Part shown: piece after piece, positions 27,011 through 43,779 of the stretch
How the letters are laid out: every line of letters begins with the position of its first letter
Position numbering within the stretch: position 1 is the first letter of the stretch
Origin: the human T2T-CHM13v2.0 reference genome, Homo sapiens
Assembly (NCBI RefSeq): GCF_009914755.1
Contig: NC_060928.1
Length of the DNA stretch: 64,000 nucleotides
Strand: one strand, 5' to 3'
Position numbers and translations under genes: made by a program
Notes under the pieces: model-generated
What the model was told of the DNA's origin: nothing
The model's input: the letters and a program-made list of their open reading frames with translations, nothing else
The model's database searches: none

Positions 27011-30000
27011 GTGACACACCTTGAAAAATTCTATGTATGTCTATAAAATGTAGAAATATCTCTTGAGGAGGGCTATTGAAGATTTGGCATGTGGATGTTA
27101 TTTTATATAGTTTGTCAAAATAACACGATTTTAAAACATTGAAAATAATGTCTACGAATTGAACGCTAGAGAGCTGAAAATGTCATTTAAAGTGCTAATA
27201 CTGTTTAATATCTTGTAAATGTCTTTAGAACTAGTTTTTTAATTGCCCAGTCATACACACTGCATGTTGTGTAGTCTACTTATGTAAGATCTGCTCACCA
27301 AAACCATTAGTTTATTTTATGTGTTACAGAGCCCATCAGTCCACAAGTGGCAGAATTAGACTTCATTGAGCTAAAAGATAGCTGCACATAATTAACATAT
27401 TCTAAGGGTCTTGTGTTTTAAAGCAGAGGGATATTTCACCATTTTTTATTTTCTATAATTTTTGAAATAGACACCAGAACGTGTTATATATTGTTGGTAG
27501 TTCATTCTTTAAGAGCTTTAAAGTCGTGAAGACATGTATAATGAGGTAGCAGTAATTAGAGAGCAAGAGAAAAAAATTGTAGAAGTGGAGACAGAATGGG
27601 AAGAAGTTTTTTATTGGATAAACATACTTTTGAGTTATTTTTATTAGTGCAGTTAGAAAACTGTCTTCATCTTCTCATATACTGAGCATGTAACTAAAAT
27701 TTCCTTCTACATTTGAAAGAGTAGTAACAGCCATTGCTTTGGTTTCATGTGTGTGTATATGTAAACACACAAACACATACAGTGATAAAATGTTATGCAA
27801 TCATTTACATAAGTTATGTGGAGAAAAAGGTGTTGGCTCCTTTTACATGGAAAAGTCTTTCTTGTAGTATGTGATTTACAGTACTTTCTTCCCCTAATCA
27901 CTTTCTAAATCTATTTTTACTTTGAAACTCAAGATATTGAATTTTCTCCGAAGGACTGACATTTGAAAATCTCTTAATTATGGTGGATTTTATCCATGGC
28001 ATGCAAATATATCTTAGCGATTATACTATCTATTTTTGGAATCCCAGAATGTTTTTAATTAGGTTCTTTATGGAACAATGGATTCAAATTTGCACTCTAT
28101 AAAATTCAGCAGCTTCTATGCTATTAAAGCACAGATTACAGGACAGCAATGCTAGAAAATGTAAATTTTATTTGCCCTTTCTTTTTACCTCAACCTGAAA
28201 ACTTTATTATTTCACTTCTTTATTTTTTATAATCTGATTTAAATATGTTTTCCTCTTTTTGTAGGACAAAGGACATCATTTGAGATGTGTGTTGGGTTTA
28301 GTTTATCAAATATATTCTAAAATTCTTACAATGAAAAGGAAAACCCCTTTATTCTAAAGACCCAAAAGTTTGCAATAAGTACACATTAGTTTATTGTTTC
28401 TCCACTAAATAAGAGAGAACAGACATTTTATAATATATTAAAATTTATTGTTTGACATCTGTCCATGGTAGAATATTTTCCTGCTTGAGAATCTGTCCCT
28501 CTGAATGAAGGATGCAATTACGTTTTGCCTTAATGAACTGCTGAGACAGTGCAATAAAAACCAGTTCGCTGCTGAGTCAGTGTGAATAACAACATAAACT
28601 CTGTTTCAAATACTTTTTTTGGAACAAGATTGAAAATAGATAAATGAATAAAAGTAAACAAGTCCATGGTACATGTCATTGTACAGCTTTCTGTGGTACA
28701 TGTAAATGCAATAGTTTGCAATGTGAAGATCAAGTCCTTGGTACATTGCAATAACAGATGATTCATGCAGCATGACTCAAGTGTGTCTGAAATATTGTTT
28801 TTGCATATAAAAATATAATGCCATTTTATCATGACTCTTCTTTGTTTTATAACTTTCTGAGTATGCAGCATTTTCAAAAAACAAGGCCTTATTTATTGTA
28901 TAATTTGGGTTTTTTTGGTGACAATCATTGAAATTAGTTGTAGATTAATTACAGAAATTATCATAACATATATTTGAGTGTCATTAGAAAAATTAGTGAT
29001 CATTACGAGTATTCTAGTTTGAGACTTTAAAATAATAAATGAATTTTAAATTTTCCAGGGAAAATCTTCAGTTATATTAAATTATAGAATTAGTTTGGTC
29101 ACATTTGTGAGTTAAGGTTATTGACATTTCAGAAGTCTCTATGCTGAATATAGCATTTAAAAATACTTACATTGGAGAAATTCATTTTGAAATCTAACTG
29201 CAAAATAAGATTATTTATCAATAAAACTTTCACAAATGTATGAACATCTCTGTTTTTTGATTATCATTGAATTCCAGTTATACAGCTTAATATTTTGTAC
29301 AGAGTAGACATTAAATATTTATAGGGTGAATGAATGAATTAATGATTATTGGTTTCTTTAGATTATTTTCAAGAACCTGAAATAATATCTATGAAAAGTA
29401 GTATATGAACTAGCTTTGCATTACTATTAAAAGAAATCTACTAGTCACTGAGAGCTATTAATTTTTTCTCATCATAGCACTACGTTATTGTGAGCAAATC
29501 TTTAATACATTGAAATAATACTTAATTGACCAAGACATGAAGAATCTTCCAACGAATCAATATTATTTCATCTATAGCTCGTATTCTCTGTATTTTTATT
29601 GATTACATTTTAAGCTTAAAATTTTACTATAAGAATGAGTAAAGGCCAAAAAGAATTACTCTTAACTGTCAATCAAAACATTCTAATCAATAAAGTAACA
29701 GGCAAATGATTTACATGTCCTTCACTCTATTTAGAGCTTTTGAAAAAAAACTCCCTTTCTTATGACCTAGATAAATAATACAGAAGACAAATTCATATTT
29801 CCATCATACAGTTTATTTACTGTCTTCTGGAGTAAATCCACCTATTAGGAGCCAAAAACCCAGTTAGCAGGGATATGTGAAAACGAATAGAATATAGTGG
29901 AATAAGAACAGAGGAGTTAAGAGGATGTCCTTGGGTATGTAGGAAAAGGCACAACTTATTATACCTAAGAAAATAAGGAAAGGATTTAAAAGGAGGCCAT

Positions 30001-32160
30001 GCTTTCACTGTCTTAAAATAACTAAGCATTGTTAATATCAATACTAGTATAAAAGTATCACTAATATATACATGTCCAATAATAAGAAAGAATTAAGGAA
30101 ATAGGGTATTTTTCAACAGTGGAATATTATGAAGGCATTAAAAGTAATGTCTTACAAAATGTTAAATGATATAGCAATACATGTATGATATGTTATTGGA
30201 TGTAAAGACAATACACCCAATTCTATTTGTAGTAATACCTCAATTACATAAAATATGCTCAAAATTCTATATGCAGTAATACCTCAATTATATAAAATAA
30301 ATATGCATAAATAAATATGCAAGCAAAAAAACACTAAAGTAAAACTCCCTGATCTGAGTAGGGCATTATGGATTTAGTTCTTTTAATCATATTTTTACTT
30401 TTTCCAAGTACAGTGAGCACCAAGGAGATAGAGTGTCTCATCAAAGGGAAAAAAGATTGTTAGTAATATCAAATGTTACAGTGAGTTCAAGAGCAACGAA
30501 AACTGAGGAAACCCATTGAATGGTGAAATAAAGAGGTCAGAGAATGAACCCTGATACTGTTGAAGAAAAACCGTAGCACCATGAGAAGGGCTTTGAAATC
30601 AGAAAAGACCAAAATTTTGGCAATTTCATTTAATGTCCTAGGGATAATTTGTTTTGATTTTATTTCCATTAAATGTTACGCGTGTGTGTGTGCATGTGTG
30701 TGTGTGTGTATGCGTTAAAGTATTACCAACGTTCAATAAAAATGAATTAATGTATATGACACATATATGGTCAGTATGTTGTCATGATATTTATTCATAT
30801 TTAAATATATACACATATGTATACATACATATATATATAATATATATGCATATATTTTTTCAAATCCGGGCGGGAAAGTGGAGCTCATGCCAGTTGAGCT
30901 TTATTTTCCTATTGAAAGTGAACTCTATTTTTCTGTTGAAAAACAGAGGGATTTAATGTAGAGAATAGACTGAACAGTTGAAGGAAGGTAACAGGGAAAA
31001 AACTGCTACCAACCCAGGGCTATAAGGACAGAAGAAGCTGGTATTTTATAAAATTAGGAGGTGGCACCAACAGAAAGTAAAATTAGGAAGGAGACGAGAC
31101 CACTGCTGTGGACATCCCCTGAGACAGAGAAGGGAAGAAATATCCTGGCTTCTTCTCCCCGCCAACCTTTCACCACCCTACCAGTGTCTGTCACTGGCAA
31201 ATCTCACAGTAGCCTGTTGGCAAATGAGCCTGGGATATATGGTTCACTGGAGTCAGCTCTTTGGGAGACAGAGCAGAACAGAGGAGAAGGGGATGGGAAA
31301 TGATCATAACGATGTTTCTTTGGAGAGAAAGGAGGCTGAGAAGCAACATTTTTTTGATAGACTAAAATATGTACCAAAAGACTTCATGCAATCTACTTAT
31401 TTGTGCGTTTCATAACTAGGTGGGTAAAATCTTGTCTTTCTCTGTTAGCAGGACCATAGAATAGATGATATCAGTTATTTTCAACTCTGTGATTTTAGTA
31501 TACCATAAAAATACTTCAGTTGTGCTCAAATGCACTTTGCTGCAGTGGTTTTTATGTGAAATATTCACAAAATGAATCCACAGAGTCTAGACTGTCTTAC
31601 TGAAAATATCTGTAGCATATATGGATTTATAATTTAACATTTTGCCTCATAAGAAGCTTCAAAATTAATTTTGTGAGTATAAAATTATTTTTTAACCGAT
31701 CATATGCTTTCCGTAGAGGAAATAAAAGGCTTATAAAATTTAATATTCAACAGTAATCTTCTTTGTGGAAGAGTTATGATTGTATCTAAAATATGTAATA
31801 GATCTATTCAGTATTTCTACCTATTTCTCTAACTTATATTAAGTTAATTAAAATGTACTCCTAAGTTAGTTTCTTAAAGGTATTATTTCTTTTGTACAAA
31901 GTCCAGACTTAAATATTGATGGATATGTAGTACTTAAAAATCTGAATATTTTAATTATGTTTATAATTGCTTAGTTTTTAATCCCAATTTGCTTCACATT
32001 TAGGGACAGAAAAATTAAATTTAGTACTTATTTTTCAGGAAAAAAATATATCACTCATGAAGAACATCAACTTTACTTCTTGACATGAATCCTGAGCTTG
32101 AATTAAACATGTCCGAAGGTTCACATTTCCATTTAAAAGTTGAATTTTTTTTCATTGCAG

Positions 32161-32232
32161 ACGTTTGGAACAGAACACAATCAAAGTCATCCCTCCTGGA
32201 GCTTTCTCACCATATAAAAAGCTTAGACGAAT
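32161..32232 (+). CDS. SLIT2: SLIT2 exon 10 (72 bp, LRR: [23 protein letters not shown])
   Basis: ttgcag|ACGTTTG...CGAAT|gtgagt; phase 2-2. Confidence 0.96.
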
Positions 32233-32731
32233 GTGAGTGAACAATATTCTACAATATATGTAATTTTAAAAATTATAGAGGTCATGAGACCATGCAAAGA
32301 AACTTAAGTATGAGTATATAAGTGTTTGACAGCTTAAATATTAAGTGATGTGACTGTCTGATTACTAGCTCTGTAATAATATTTTAATCTTAATATCTAA
32401 ACTATGTAATTTTTAAAGGTCTGTAATTTAGCATATTGATTCATACAAATGTGAATGTTTATGGTCAATATATTTTGCATATGAACATATGTTCAGGTGT
32501 TCTATTGTCAAAAATAAGACATAGCATCTTATATGGGAAAGTAGACAATGGTTATTTTAAAAAGTATGATTTCTTTTTTAAATTTCTGATCCTTCAGATG
32601 TTCAATGTTGCACGTTTTGGACATGTCTTGATAAGTACAAAACCAACATTTAAAAGCCATACATAGCTTTTTCCGCAGTAAATCTCACTGACATTTGATT
32701 GAATGTAACCTAACCCTATTTCTAATCTTAG

Positions 32732-32803
32732 TGACCTGAGCAATAATCAGATCTCTGAACTTGCACCAGATGCTTTCCAAGGACTACGCTCTCTGAATTC
32801 ACT
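32732..32803 (+). CDS. SLIT2: SLIT2 exon 11 (72 bp, LRR: [23 protein letters not shown])
   Basis: tcttag|TGACCTG...TCACT|gtaagt; phase 2-2. Confidence 0.96.
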
Positions 32804-33082
32804 GTAAGTATTCACTGTGTCACTGAAGGAAAAGAGAAGCCACAACAAAGAGTGGCTACCTTTTTTAAATTGGGGTTTAAAAAATGCTCTCAGGTTTTTA
32901 TTATGAATAATGAATTATTAATAATGTTAATTATTATTAACCACTTCTGGGTCCCATTATTTTTATGGAGGACTGCTACCCATCACTAAAATTAGCCAAT
33001 TTTTAGGGGTGTATATTTTATAGTTTGATCATTTTGCTGTTAGGAGAGCAAGAGTTAGATCCCCTTTTTGACCATTTTTTAA

Positions 33083-33405
<323 letters not shown>

Positions 33406-36037
33406 CATTTTTTTATTTCTAAAAGAAAAAGAAAATATTTATTTTGGAAAGCATGTAGCTAGTATCTGGAGACAATATCAGTCTCCTTTGAAATGCTAGG
33501 CAAAATCTTGCTGAGAACACTTGAAGATGACCACTGAGAGGAAACCTCCACTCTTTTTCATCACCTTAATACTTTCCTAAAAGAATAAGCTTTTAATCTC
33601 TCAAAGAACAAAGATTTTAAAATATGACAGCTTTTTAATGTCAAGAGAACCTTCGAAAGATAGCTATGTAAATTAAAGAAGTTTAAAAATAAATGTATAG
33701 CAGCTGTTATTAATATTACTTCACACTTGTAAAAAAATCTTCAGAAGTCCACCAAGTAACCTTTAGATCAGATTTAAATATTCGAAAGTGGAAGTCGGCA
33801 CATTTTTATTTTTTAAGAGCCGAAACTCAGAGAAGGGTTCTTATTGATGTCAATTCCTGCCAAAATATTTCAGATATCAGAGGTCAGGGGTAGCCAATGA
33901 GAATGCCAAGATACACATGTGCGAGACCCAGATAAATCCCTGGAGTTTGTGGAACAACTTGCTGGCACTCTTTCCAAGGGGAGAACTAGATCGGAGTGCT
34001 CATCTGGGCACATGAGTGTTCCAGTTGCTATGTTAGTCTGTTTAAAAACAAAAACAAAAACAAAAAACACTACAGTTTTCTTTAAAAAGGAAAATGGAAA
34101 ACTGTTACTTAAATGGCAGTATCTGCTTGGGTTCACTTTTGCTTCTTTTTGACTTGGAGGGTTTTGACTAGAAGAAGCACGAGATTAAAGGAACAATTGT
34201 TGGCAGAAAATATAGCGTGTAGTCATGTATTGCTCTCAGGCTGTACTGTCAGGTTCTAAAGTAACTAGGTTCAGTGTAAAACTCAGATCACCCAGTCAGA
34301 TTGTCCATAAAGTACTGTTAGCACCATTCTGAACAGTAATACTATCCAGAGTAAACATTGACAAACTCCCTGTCATACAGAAGGACAAAAGGCAAATCAG
34401 CATGTCAGTTCCTGATTCTCCACAATTTTGGTCCTCAAAGATAACCATTAAATGTCAAGAAGAAGAGAAATCAGTGGGAAATTCTTATTTATATCGGCTT
34501 GCTTGCAGAGTTTGATATTAAGCTCTTCCCTTAATAATGTTAATTGACACTTCTGTGGTTGTGAGAATTAAAAGAAAATATATAAAGATATTTACAAGTA
34601 AATTATAAATAGAACAGTTTATTATAATTTGTTACTTCTTTCAATAAATTACATTATGTTTGTTGATAAACAGGGTTCCTGTAATTAATGATTATAAATT
34701 ATGTAATCTAATAAACAATAAAATAGTGTGTTGTCACTCCTTTTGCTATTTGCTAACACATGTAAAATAACATGCTTGCTACATTGAAATCTAAGGCCTC
34801 ATGATGAGAGCACTCACGCACACAGTTGTTTTAGAAGGCCGTAGAAAAGCTTTATCTTTACTTGCAGATAAAGTAAACTGCAGTTAAGTCAGGGAGTTAA
34901 GTCACTGGGGTTTTTCCAGTTCAAAATGTAGCAACGTGTGGAAGATCACAAACTGTTTGCCAAAAGTGGAATACCTGCATAATACTGTAAAACAGATAAA
35001 CTGGAAAAGAATCAAATAACTGAGTTATTTTAGAGAAAGCCCACGTGTTATAACACGTATCATTTTCCTGGTCACGTTCACAGTTTGAGTTCACTTTCCA
35101 AAGATTAAGTTATTTTCCCCTCCATAAAATATATAACTACACACATTTGCAATAGCTCTTTTCTTCATTGAACCACAGTTAATATGTTCAAAAGAAATGT
35201 ATTGGGCCCGATTATGTACTAGGCCCTAGTAGAGGGTCTAGAGATGCAGAGTGACCAGAACACAAAAATCCCTGCCTCATGGAGGAGACCAGTGATAAAC
35301 TGGCAAATGTATAGTATACATAAAATTTACCTATATTTATAGTATTACATCTATCTGTAGATGAAAATGCTATGAATAAAAATTACAGAACAAGGGATAA
35401 GGATAGCTGTGGTTGGTGGGGGGAAGCTAAAACCTTAAATAAGATGATCAACAAAGACCTGAAGATTTGAGCTATGGGAGTGAACTGTGTAGATAATGCA
35501 GATATATAGAGGAAAGGCATTCAAGACAGAGGGAACGGTTAAGTACTAAGGACGTTTAGCAGGAGTATGCTAGATGTTTCAAGAATTAGCAAAAAATATC
35601 ACTGCTACTGGAGAGTAGTGGGTGCTTGAAACTGAAATGATGAAGAGAATGCAATTGTAACTACAGGTCTGAGACACTATAATTAGGGTGGGAGAGGAAA
35701 GCCAGTGAAAGCTAGATTTGCAGAAAAGAATTGTGCTGGAGATCATGATAGTGACCAGGAGTTAAAATCTTCCAGAAGGGAGCAGAGTACTTGGGAGTAT
35801 GTAGTTTACTACAAAAACCATGCAAGTACAAGGCAACACCTCTTTTTATTTAAATAAAAATTTTGCTTACAAGTTTTGCTTACACCTGATATTTTAATAC
35901 CATGCCTTTCTAGAACTGTACTCAAGAATATAGCCAGATTAATATAATCACTACAATTGCTAAATAAATAAAACTATTTAAAGGTGATATGATGCCAAGC
36001 ACCTCTACTGCATTCTACTTAAAAAATAAAAATTTCA

Positions 36038-36345
<308 letters not shown>

Positions 36346-36749
36346 TCAAGTTATTAGATCACCAAATTTCATCTCTTAGAGATAAGTGGACTTGACTTAC
36401 CTAATGTTTTTTAAGGCCTCTCCTACTAAGAAATCCTATACTTTTTTTTATTAACATTATCATTTATTTTTATTACGTATTATATAAAATTATAATGTTA
36501 TACTAATATATTGTTACATAGTATAATATGCAATATATTAACAAAACAAAAAACATTCATGTCGTTTTCAGGGATTTTAAAATTTCTTTCAATGTGACAT
36601 CAACAAGATTTCTATAATATTTAGTAACAATTTCTTAAGAATTCAGCATACTAGTATTTTTAGCATTGTCTGTAAACAGTTTTTATTGTTTTCTGCTTAT
36701 TACTTGGAAACTTCCTTCTATAGTAACAAAACGTTTTAAGTGTAGTATC

Positions 36750-36950
36750 ATTGTAGCATACTGCTAAGCATATGACCTTTAGGACACTAGGTGGCTGTGT
36801 TCAAATCCTGGCTCTAGTACTTACTAGTTAGAGGCTGAGCTAGTTACTAAATTCCCTGGGTATTAGTTCTTCCATCTCTAAAATGAGGATAAAGTTACTT
36901 CCCTGCTGGCTTTGTTACGGAGTAAACATCAAGAAATAATATGTATGGCC
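36750..36950 (+). mobile_element. MIR fragment
   Basis: gttcaaatcctggctctagtacttactag...catctctaaaatgaggataa. Confidence 0.65.
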
Positions 36951-37437
36951 ATGGCAAATTCATCTCTTGATAGAAAGCAATTTGTATGTTTCTGGATCTC
37001 AATTATCCCAGAGAATCTTTCTTTATGCCAAAGGTCCTCAATATATGATTTTTCTCTTTTCCCATTCTTTTCATTAGCCCTTTGTAAACTATTTTAATTC
37101 ACTTACTCTAATTTCCTTATTTCCTTAACTAGCTCCCAAATTCCACAGGGGTCTACAGTGGAAGACTTTAACACTGTACTTAAATTTCTGGCAACCTTTT
37201 CCTAAACTGCTGTTAACTCTCCTGCCCAGTATCTTGCATTTTACTATAGGTTTTCAATGAAAATTAAAAGGTAGCACCTCTGTTTTGTCCTCTGCTTTAT
37301 CTTTACTGTACTCTTCTAAAAATCACTGAAGAGTTATAATTTTCAAATGTATACATTTAAAAAAATTTATAAGTATAATTTCCTTGACATTTTTTTGAAT
37401 AATAAAGTATCTGCCCATAACACCTTTTTCATGATAG

Positions 37438-37792
<355 letters not shown>

Positions 37793-39684
37793 TCTGCCAA
37801 CTTTCAATAAGAGCACAAGAGCTCAAACACTGGTCACCAGCTATTGCTGCCTCTTACTGTCCTAATGCTGAAACTCACAAGGGCTAAATTGTGTTTAACG
37901 TTCTTGGCCTTCCTTATAGCAGCAGGTACAAGAGCTACCTTAAAATTTCCCTATTGTTCAAAAAGACTAGCAACAACAACAACAAAAAAATCTCTATCAG
38001 AGTATATGTATATTGTACACATATAATAGTACGTATGTATATACTATCTATGTGGTATGCTGAACATAAGTCATGTATAAGAAACTGTAGAAAAGATACT
38101 CAATTAGTCATTCTTGGTATTTGGATGATATTATCCACATCCCTCATGTATTGATTTTCTTTTCAGCTGATACCACTTTTTTCTTTCAGTTTCTTTTAAA
38201 AATTTCTTTTCCTCCAACAGTGTAGGACAAATTCTCACTGGCCTTCTCTTAGTTTATATCTTTATGTGATGATATTTCTTTCCCTCATTTTTATAGATTT
38301 TGGCCCTATTTCCTGGGCTGTCATCCAACTTCTCTATCCTGGTCTTTGGATTTTGGTATATTTTAACTAATTTTCCTTGCTGTCATTTTGATCTCATTGC
38401 TATGTAAAATACTGTACCCAGCCCTAGTCCTGCTAAACCTTTCTGGAGAAATGTCATTCCCATTACATTGAGTATTTCTTTATTATTTTTATGGTTGATA
38501 CTCCATATAGCAATAATTCCTATACACATAGATTTCCTGTATCCTAGTGTAATTTCCTCCTTTTTTGCCGTTTACCCACTTTGTCTCATTAACAATAGCA
38601 TCTGTTACTTTTTAACATGGTCTTAAAGAAAGCAGTGATTTATTGAAAAAAATAATTCCACAATATAAATACGATGCATCTCCTAGCTTGTTCTCCTTTC
38701 ATGCTATTTGGGCCAACCTTCAAAGCAGAAGTCTCAAGTGAACAACCTACTAAATTGTCCACCCCTTGATACTCATGCAGGTCCTCCACAATTTATATAC
38801 ATCTTTGTTCCTTTCTAAATTGCAGTGGATTCACAATATCAGACTCTTTGACTATTCAAAATTACTCTTTTGGATTGCCCTTTGAAGCCATACCTTCTTT
38901 ATCTCAGTCATATCAGTGCCTGAGACATGGGCAGATGATGGGCATTCAAAAATGACAGACTCAATTGAATTGAGCACCAACCTTAGAATCTGGCAAAGTT
39001 ACAGGCACATAGTAAGTGCACAATCTCTATTGTTGAATGAATGAATTGAAAGATATTGAATTGAATATCCCAGACTGGTGCCATCTTAATCTACTCATTT
39101 GTGTTTCCTAATGCCCTCTCTTCTCTTAATCTTGACCTCAAAATATATATTTATTCATGCCTTATCTTTTCTAATTCCCTTTCTACCTTGTTCTGGACAA
39201 TATAGAATCCTCTCTTTTGTTCTTTGATTTTTAAAATGGTTTCTTCTCTAATTGATGTACTTTTCTAAAGAAATCTATGTTTTCTACAAACAAAATTTCA
39301 TGTTCTATTTTATAGTTATATCATGGAATCTAAAGAGACAAATGGAATATCTCTTTACACTATAATAGCACCCGGCTTTATTTATTCCTTTGAGGATTTT
39401 CTTCACATTTTATAATATACCTTACCTCTCTCTGACATCTTGAAAGAGGAACAGCTTTTCTCTCACGTATTCATCTCTCTTGTATAGTTATTTTCTTCCT
39501 TTTCAAAAAGAGATTATATACTGCTGCCAAACGTATCAATTATTTAGATTCACATTTCAGCTTTTTCTTTATATGTTATGGCAGCCATTTGTTTATTTCC
39601 CAAAAGAATATATCTCTGATCTTTGAAAATGATATATGCTTATTTTAGAGATATATTAAAATACACAAAAATATGTAGATGTAA

Positions 39685-40652
<968 letters not shown>

Positions 40653-41076
40653 TTACTTAATGTTGTATCTTGAGGACTTTTATGTCACTGTATACTCTTC
40701 TATACTTGATTCTACACTTAGCATTCTTCTTTGTCATATATAGTGTGCTCTCATTACATATGAACTGTGTATGCGTGTGAGTAGAAAAACAACTTAAAAG
40801 GAAACATTTCTATGAAACGGCAATGCAAGTGGAAATGATATATACATATATAAAATGTTCTTTATTTTTCTGTTTTCCAAATGTTCTACAGTAAGCATAT
40901 ATCTGATCTGTAATCAGGCAAAAGACATTTGCAAATGGAGTTTGTTTACTCAGCTATAACTTTTATGATGTATTGATTGCCTACTAGCTTCCTGTATGCC
41001 TGAGTAAATATGTATTAGATGAATTTGTTATGCAGGTTTGGTGTCTAATTTTTTTCATTTAAAACATTTTTTTCAG

Positions 41077-41148
41077 TGTCCTCTATGGAAATAAAATCAC
41101 AGAACTCCCCAAAAGTTTATTTGAAGGACTGTTTTCCTTACAGCTCCT
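41077..41148 (+). CDS. SLIT2: SLIT2 exon 12 (72 bp, LRR: VLYGNKITELPKSLFEGLFSLQL)
   Basis: tttcag|TGTCCTC...CTCCT|gtaagt; phase 2-2. Confidence 0.96.
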
Positions 41149-41479
41149 GTAAGTATTTGATTGTTTTGGATCTCTCGAGCCTAATAATATATATTAGCCA
41201 TTTTGTTGTCTCATATTTTTATGGAGGCCTTGGAAAAATTTGACTCAAAATGATACAGTTTAACAAAATAGAAAAGAGTAGTCCAGTCAAGCTAGTATTC
41301 GTGATTATTTACTTGAAGACACAACTTTTTGGAATAGTCCCCAAACCAATTTTATCTACACTATCATGAATGTATGCATTCTGGCTTCTCTATCATTTAA
41401 AGCTTCTACAATCCCTGTCTTTGTAAAACATCTCTGTTTTAATGTAACCAGTAGTTGGAACCGAGAAAAATATGGTGAT

Positions 41480-41868
<389 letters not shown>

Positions 41869-43779
41869 CTAAACCTTTAGAGAGATAATTACCTGTAAAT
41901 CAAAGACCACTCTGATTAGACAATAGATACTACTCATTTGTCTCAAAAGAAGTATTTACCATACATATTTGCAAAAAGGAGATTTAACACCATGTGTTTT
42001 AATGCATGCCCATATGAAAAGTAAAGTTGGAAAAAAATGCAAATATTAAAACTTGGTGGTTAATCATCAAATTCTATTCATATCATCAGAGGACCTCATT
42101 TGGGGCACACACTGGCCTATATGCTTTAGATACAAAGATAATTGTGTTGTAATTTTTTTCTTAGTAAATCTCCCTTAAAATCCTTACGCATACAATGTTA
42201 TTTTCCCTCTGGAGTGTATTTATTTCTTGGCATTTATTTGGTAACGATTTATTCCTAATCCCACAATCTTCATGTATATATATAAATATATTCCTGAATT
42301 TATAAACTTACGTTCTTAAGTACATCCTATTATCCATGTCTTAAACTTTTTCACCATTATGCAGAAATGTATTTTACATTACACCTTAGCACACACACAC
42401 CCAAACAAATGAAACAAAATGTTAATGAAACAATAATGAACCTTATTATATGTAGTGCTCTCTTTTCTGTTCATCCCCACCCCAATTCTCTCTTTATTTT
42501 CTCAGTGCTACATAACCCAGTAAATTTATTTTACAATAGACCAATGAGTCATGAGAAATACTGATTTTGTAACTTAATGACTTTATTTGGGTTTCAGATT
42601 TTTCTAAGCTTTCCATTTCTGTTATTAAATATTGCTACTAATTTGATAAAATTATGCTATTCACAGCCTAGATGTCTGTACCCATTGTAGATATAGCTTG
42701 ATGCTGTAACCAAGTATTGCCTACTTGTGACTCACCTCTCTGCCATTCTTCCACATTCCCCTAGACTTACTCTCCATGCCAGTTATTCACAATCACTCTA
42801 TCACTGCCCTATCTACTACAAATACGTGAAGTGTCACCTTCTTTTTCTTTCCATCCACACTTATTGGTAGTTGATGTAACACACATGCTAATAAAATATG
42901 GAGATCTATATAGATAAACCTTACTTCTAAAGCCATCTTTATAAAGTTTCATTTCTACACTAAGGCTCATTCTTAAGCCTGCCAGAGGGAAAGAACGGCA
43001 TGATTATCTCTTTACAGCTAGCTGAGAACTTGGTAAAATTAAGTGTCTTAGTTTTGGTTGGTCAGAGATTAGAGAGAAGAGGCAGGGAAATAAAAGAAAC
43101 AAAACAGATTGTTGTTTAATATTTATTTACTGTTCCTTGGGCCACACTGAGTTAAAGTGAGTACAAACTGCATAGATGCAAGATGATGCAAAACAACATC
43201 TTTCAGTTTCCTCAGGCCCCACACAATTTCATTGTCCTTGTTTGCTCTCTAACTGCTTCACTCAATTAGATTATTAAGTAAAGAACAGGTCAGCATTACT
43301 TGAGTTGTGGCCCAGGGAGGAGAGGTGTGGGGTTAATCAGCCCCTGTCACCCACCATTTCTTGAAGGCTTTTAAGAAGGTATTACATATACCGGAGGGAA
43401 GATGAAGCTTCAGCTCCTGATGGGGAATCAAAGAGCACAGCCAATTGAGTCACCGTGAGAAAGTCATCACTTTGCATGTTGCTGATGTAGCACCTTTAAA
43501 AAAAAATCAAGTAAAATGGAAATAACCCATGTTAACATAGAGATTGTTTTATTGTCAAAGGAGAAAATATTTTTAGTATGTTAGATAATGAGGCATACCC
43601 AAACCACATTACACATATTTTTTGAGCTGTTACAAATTTGTTAAAAGTTCTAAGTATCAAAGCACTGAACTAAATATAGCTAGATATAGCTTGATGCTGT
43701 ATCCAAGTATTGCCTACAGTTTCTCCCTCTTAAGGCGGGAATTTAAAAAAATTTCTCCATTCCTATGGAGAAAAATATT

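Noticed and set aside
35043-35058. Perfect 16-bp palindrome ACGTGTTATAACACGT
   Set aside because: About one such palindrome is expected by chance in 64 kb (64000/4^8 is ~1)
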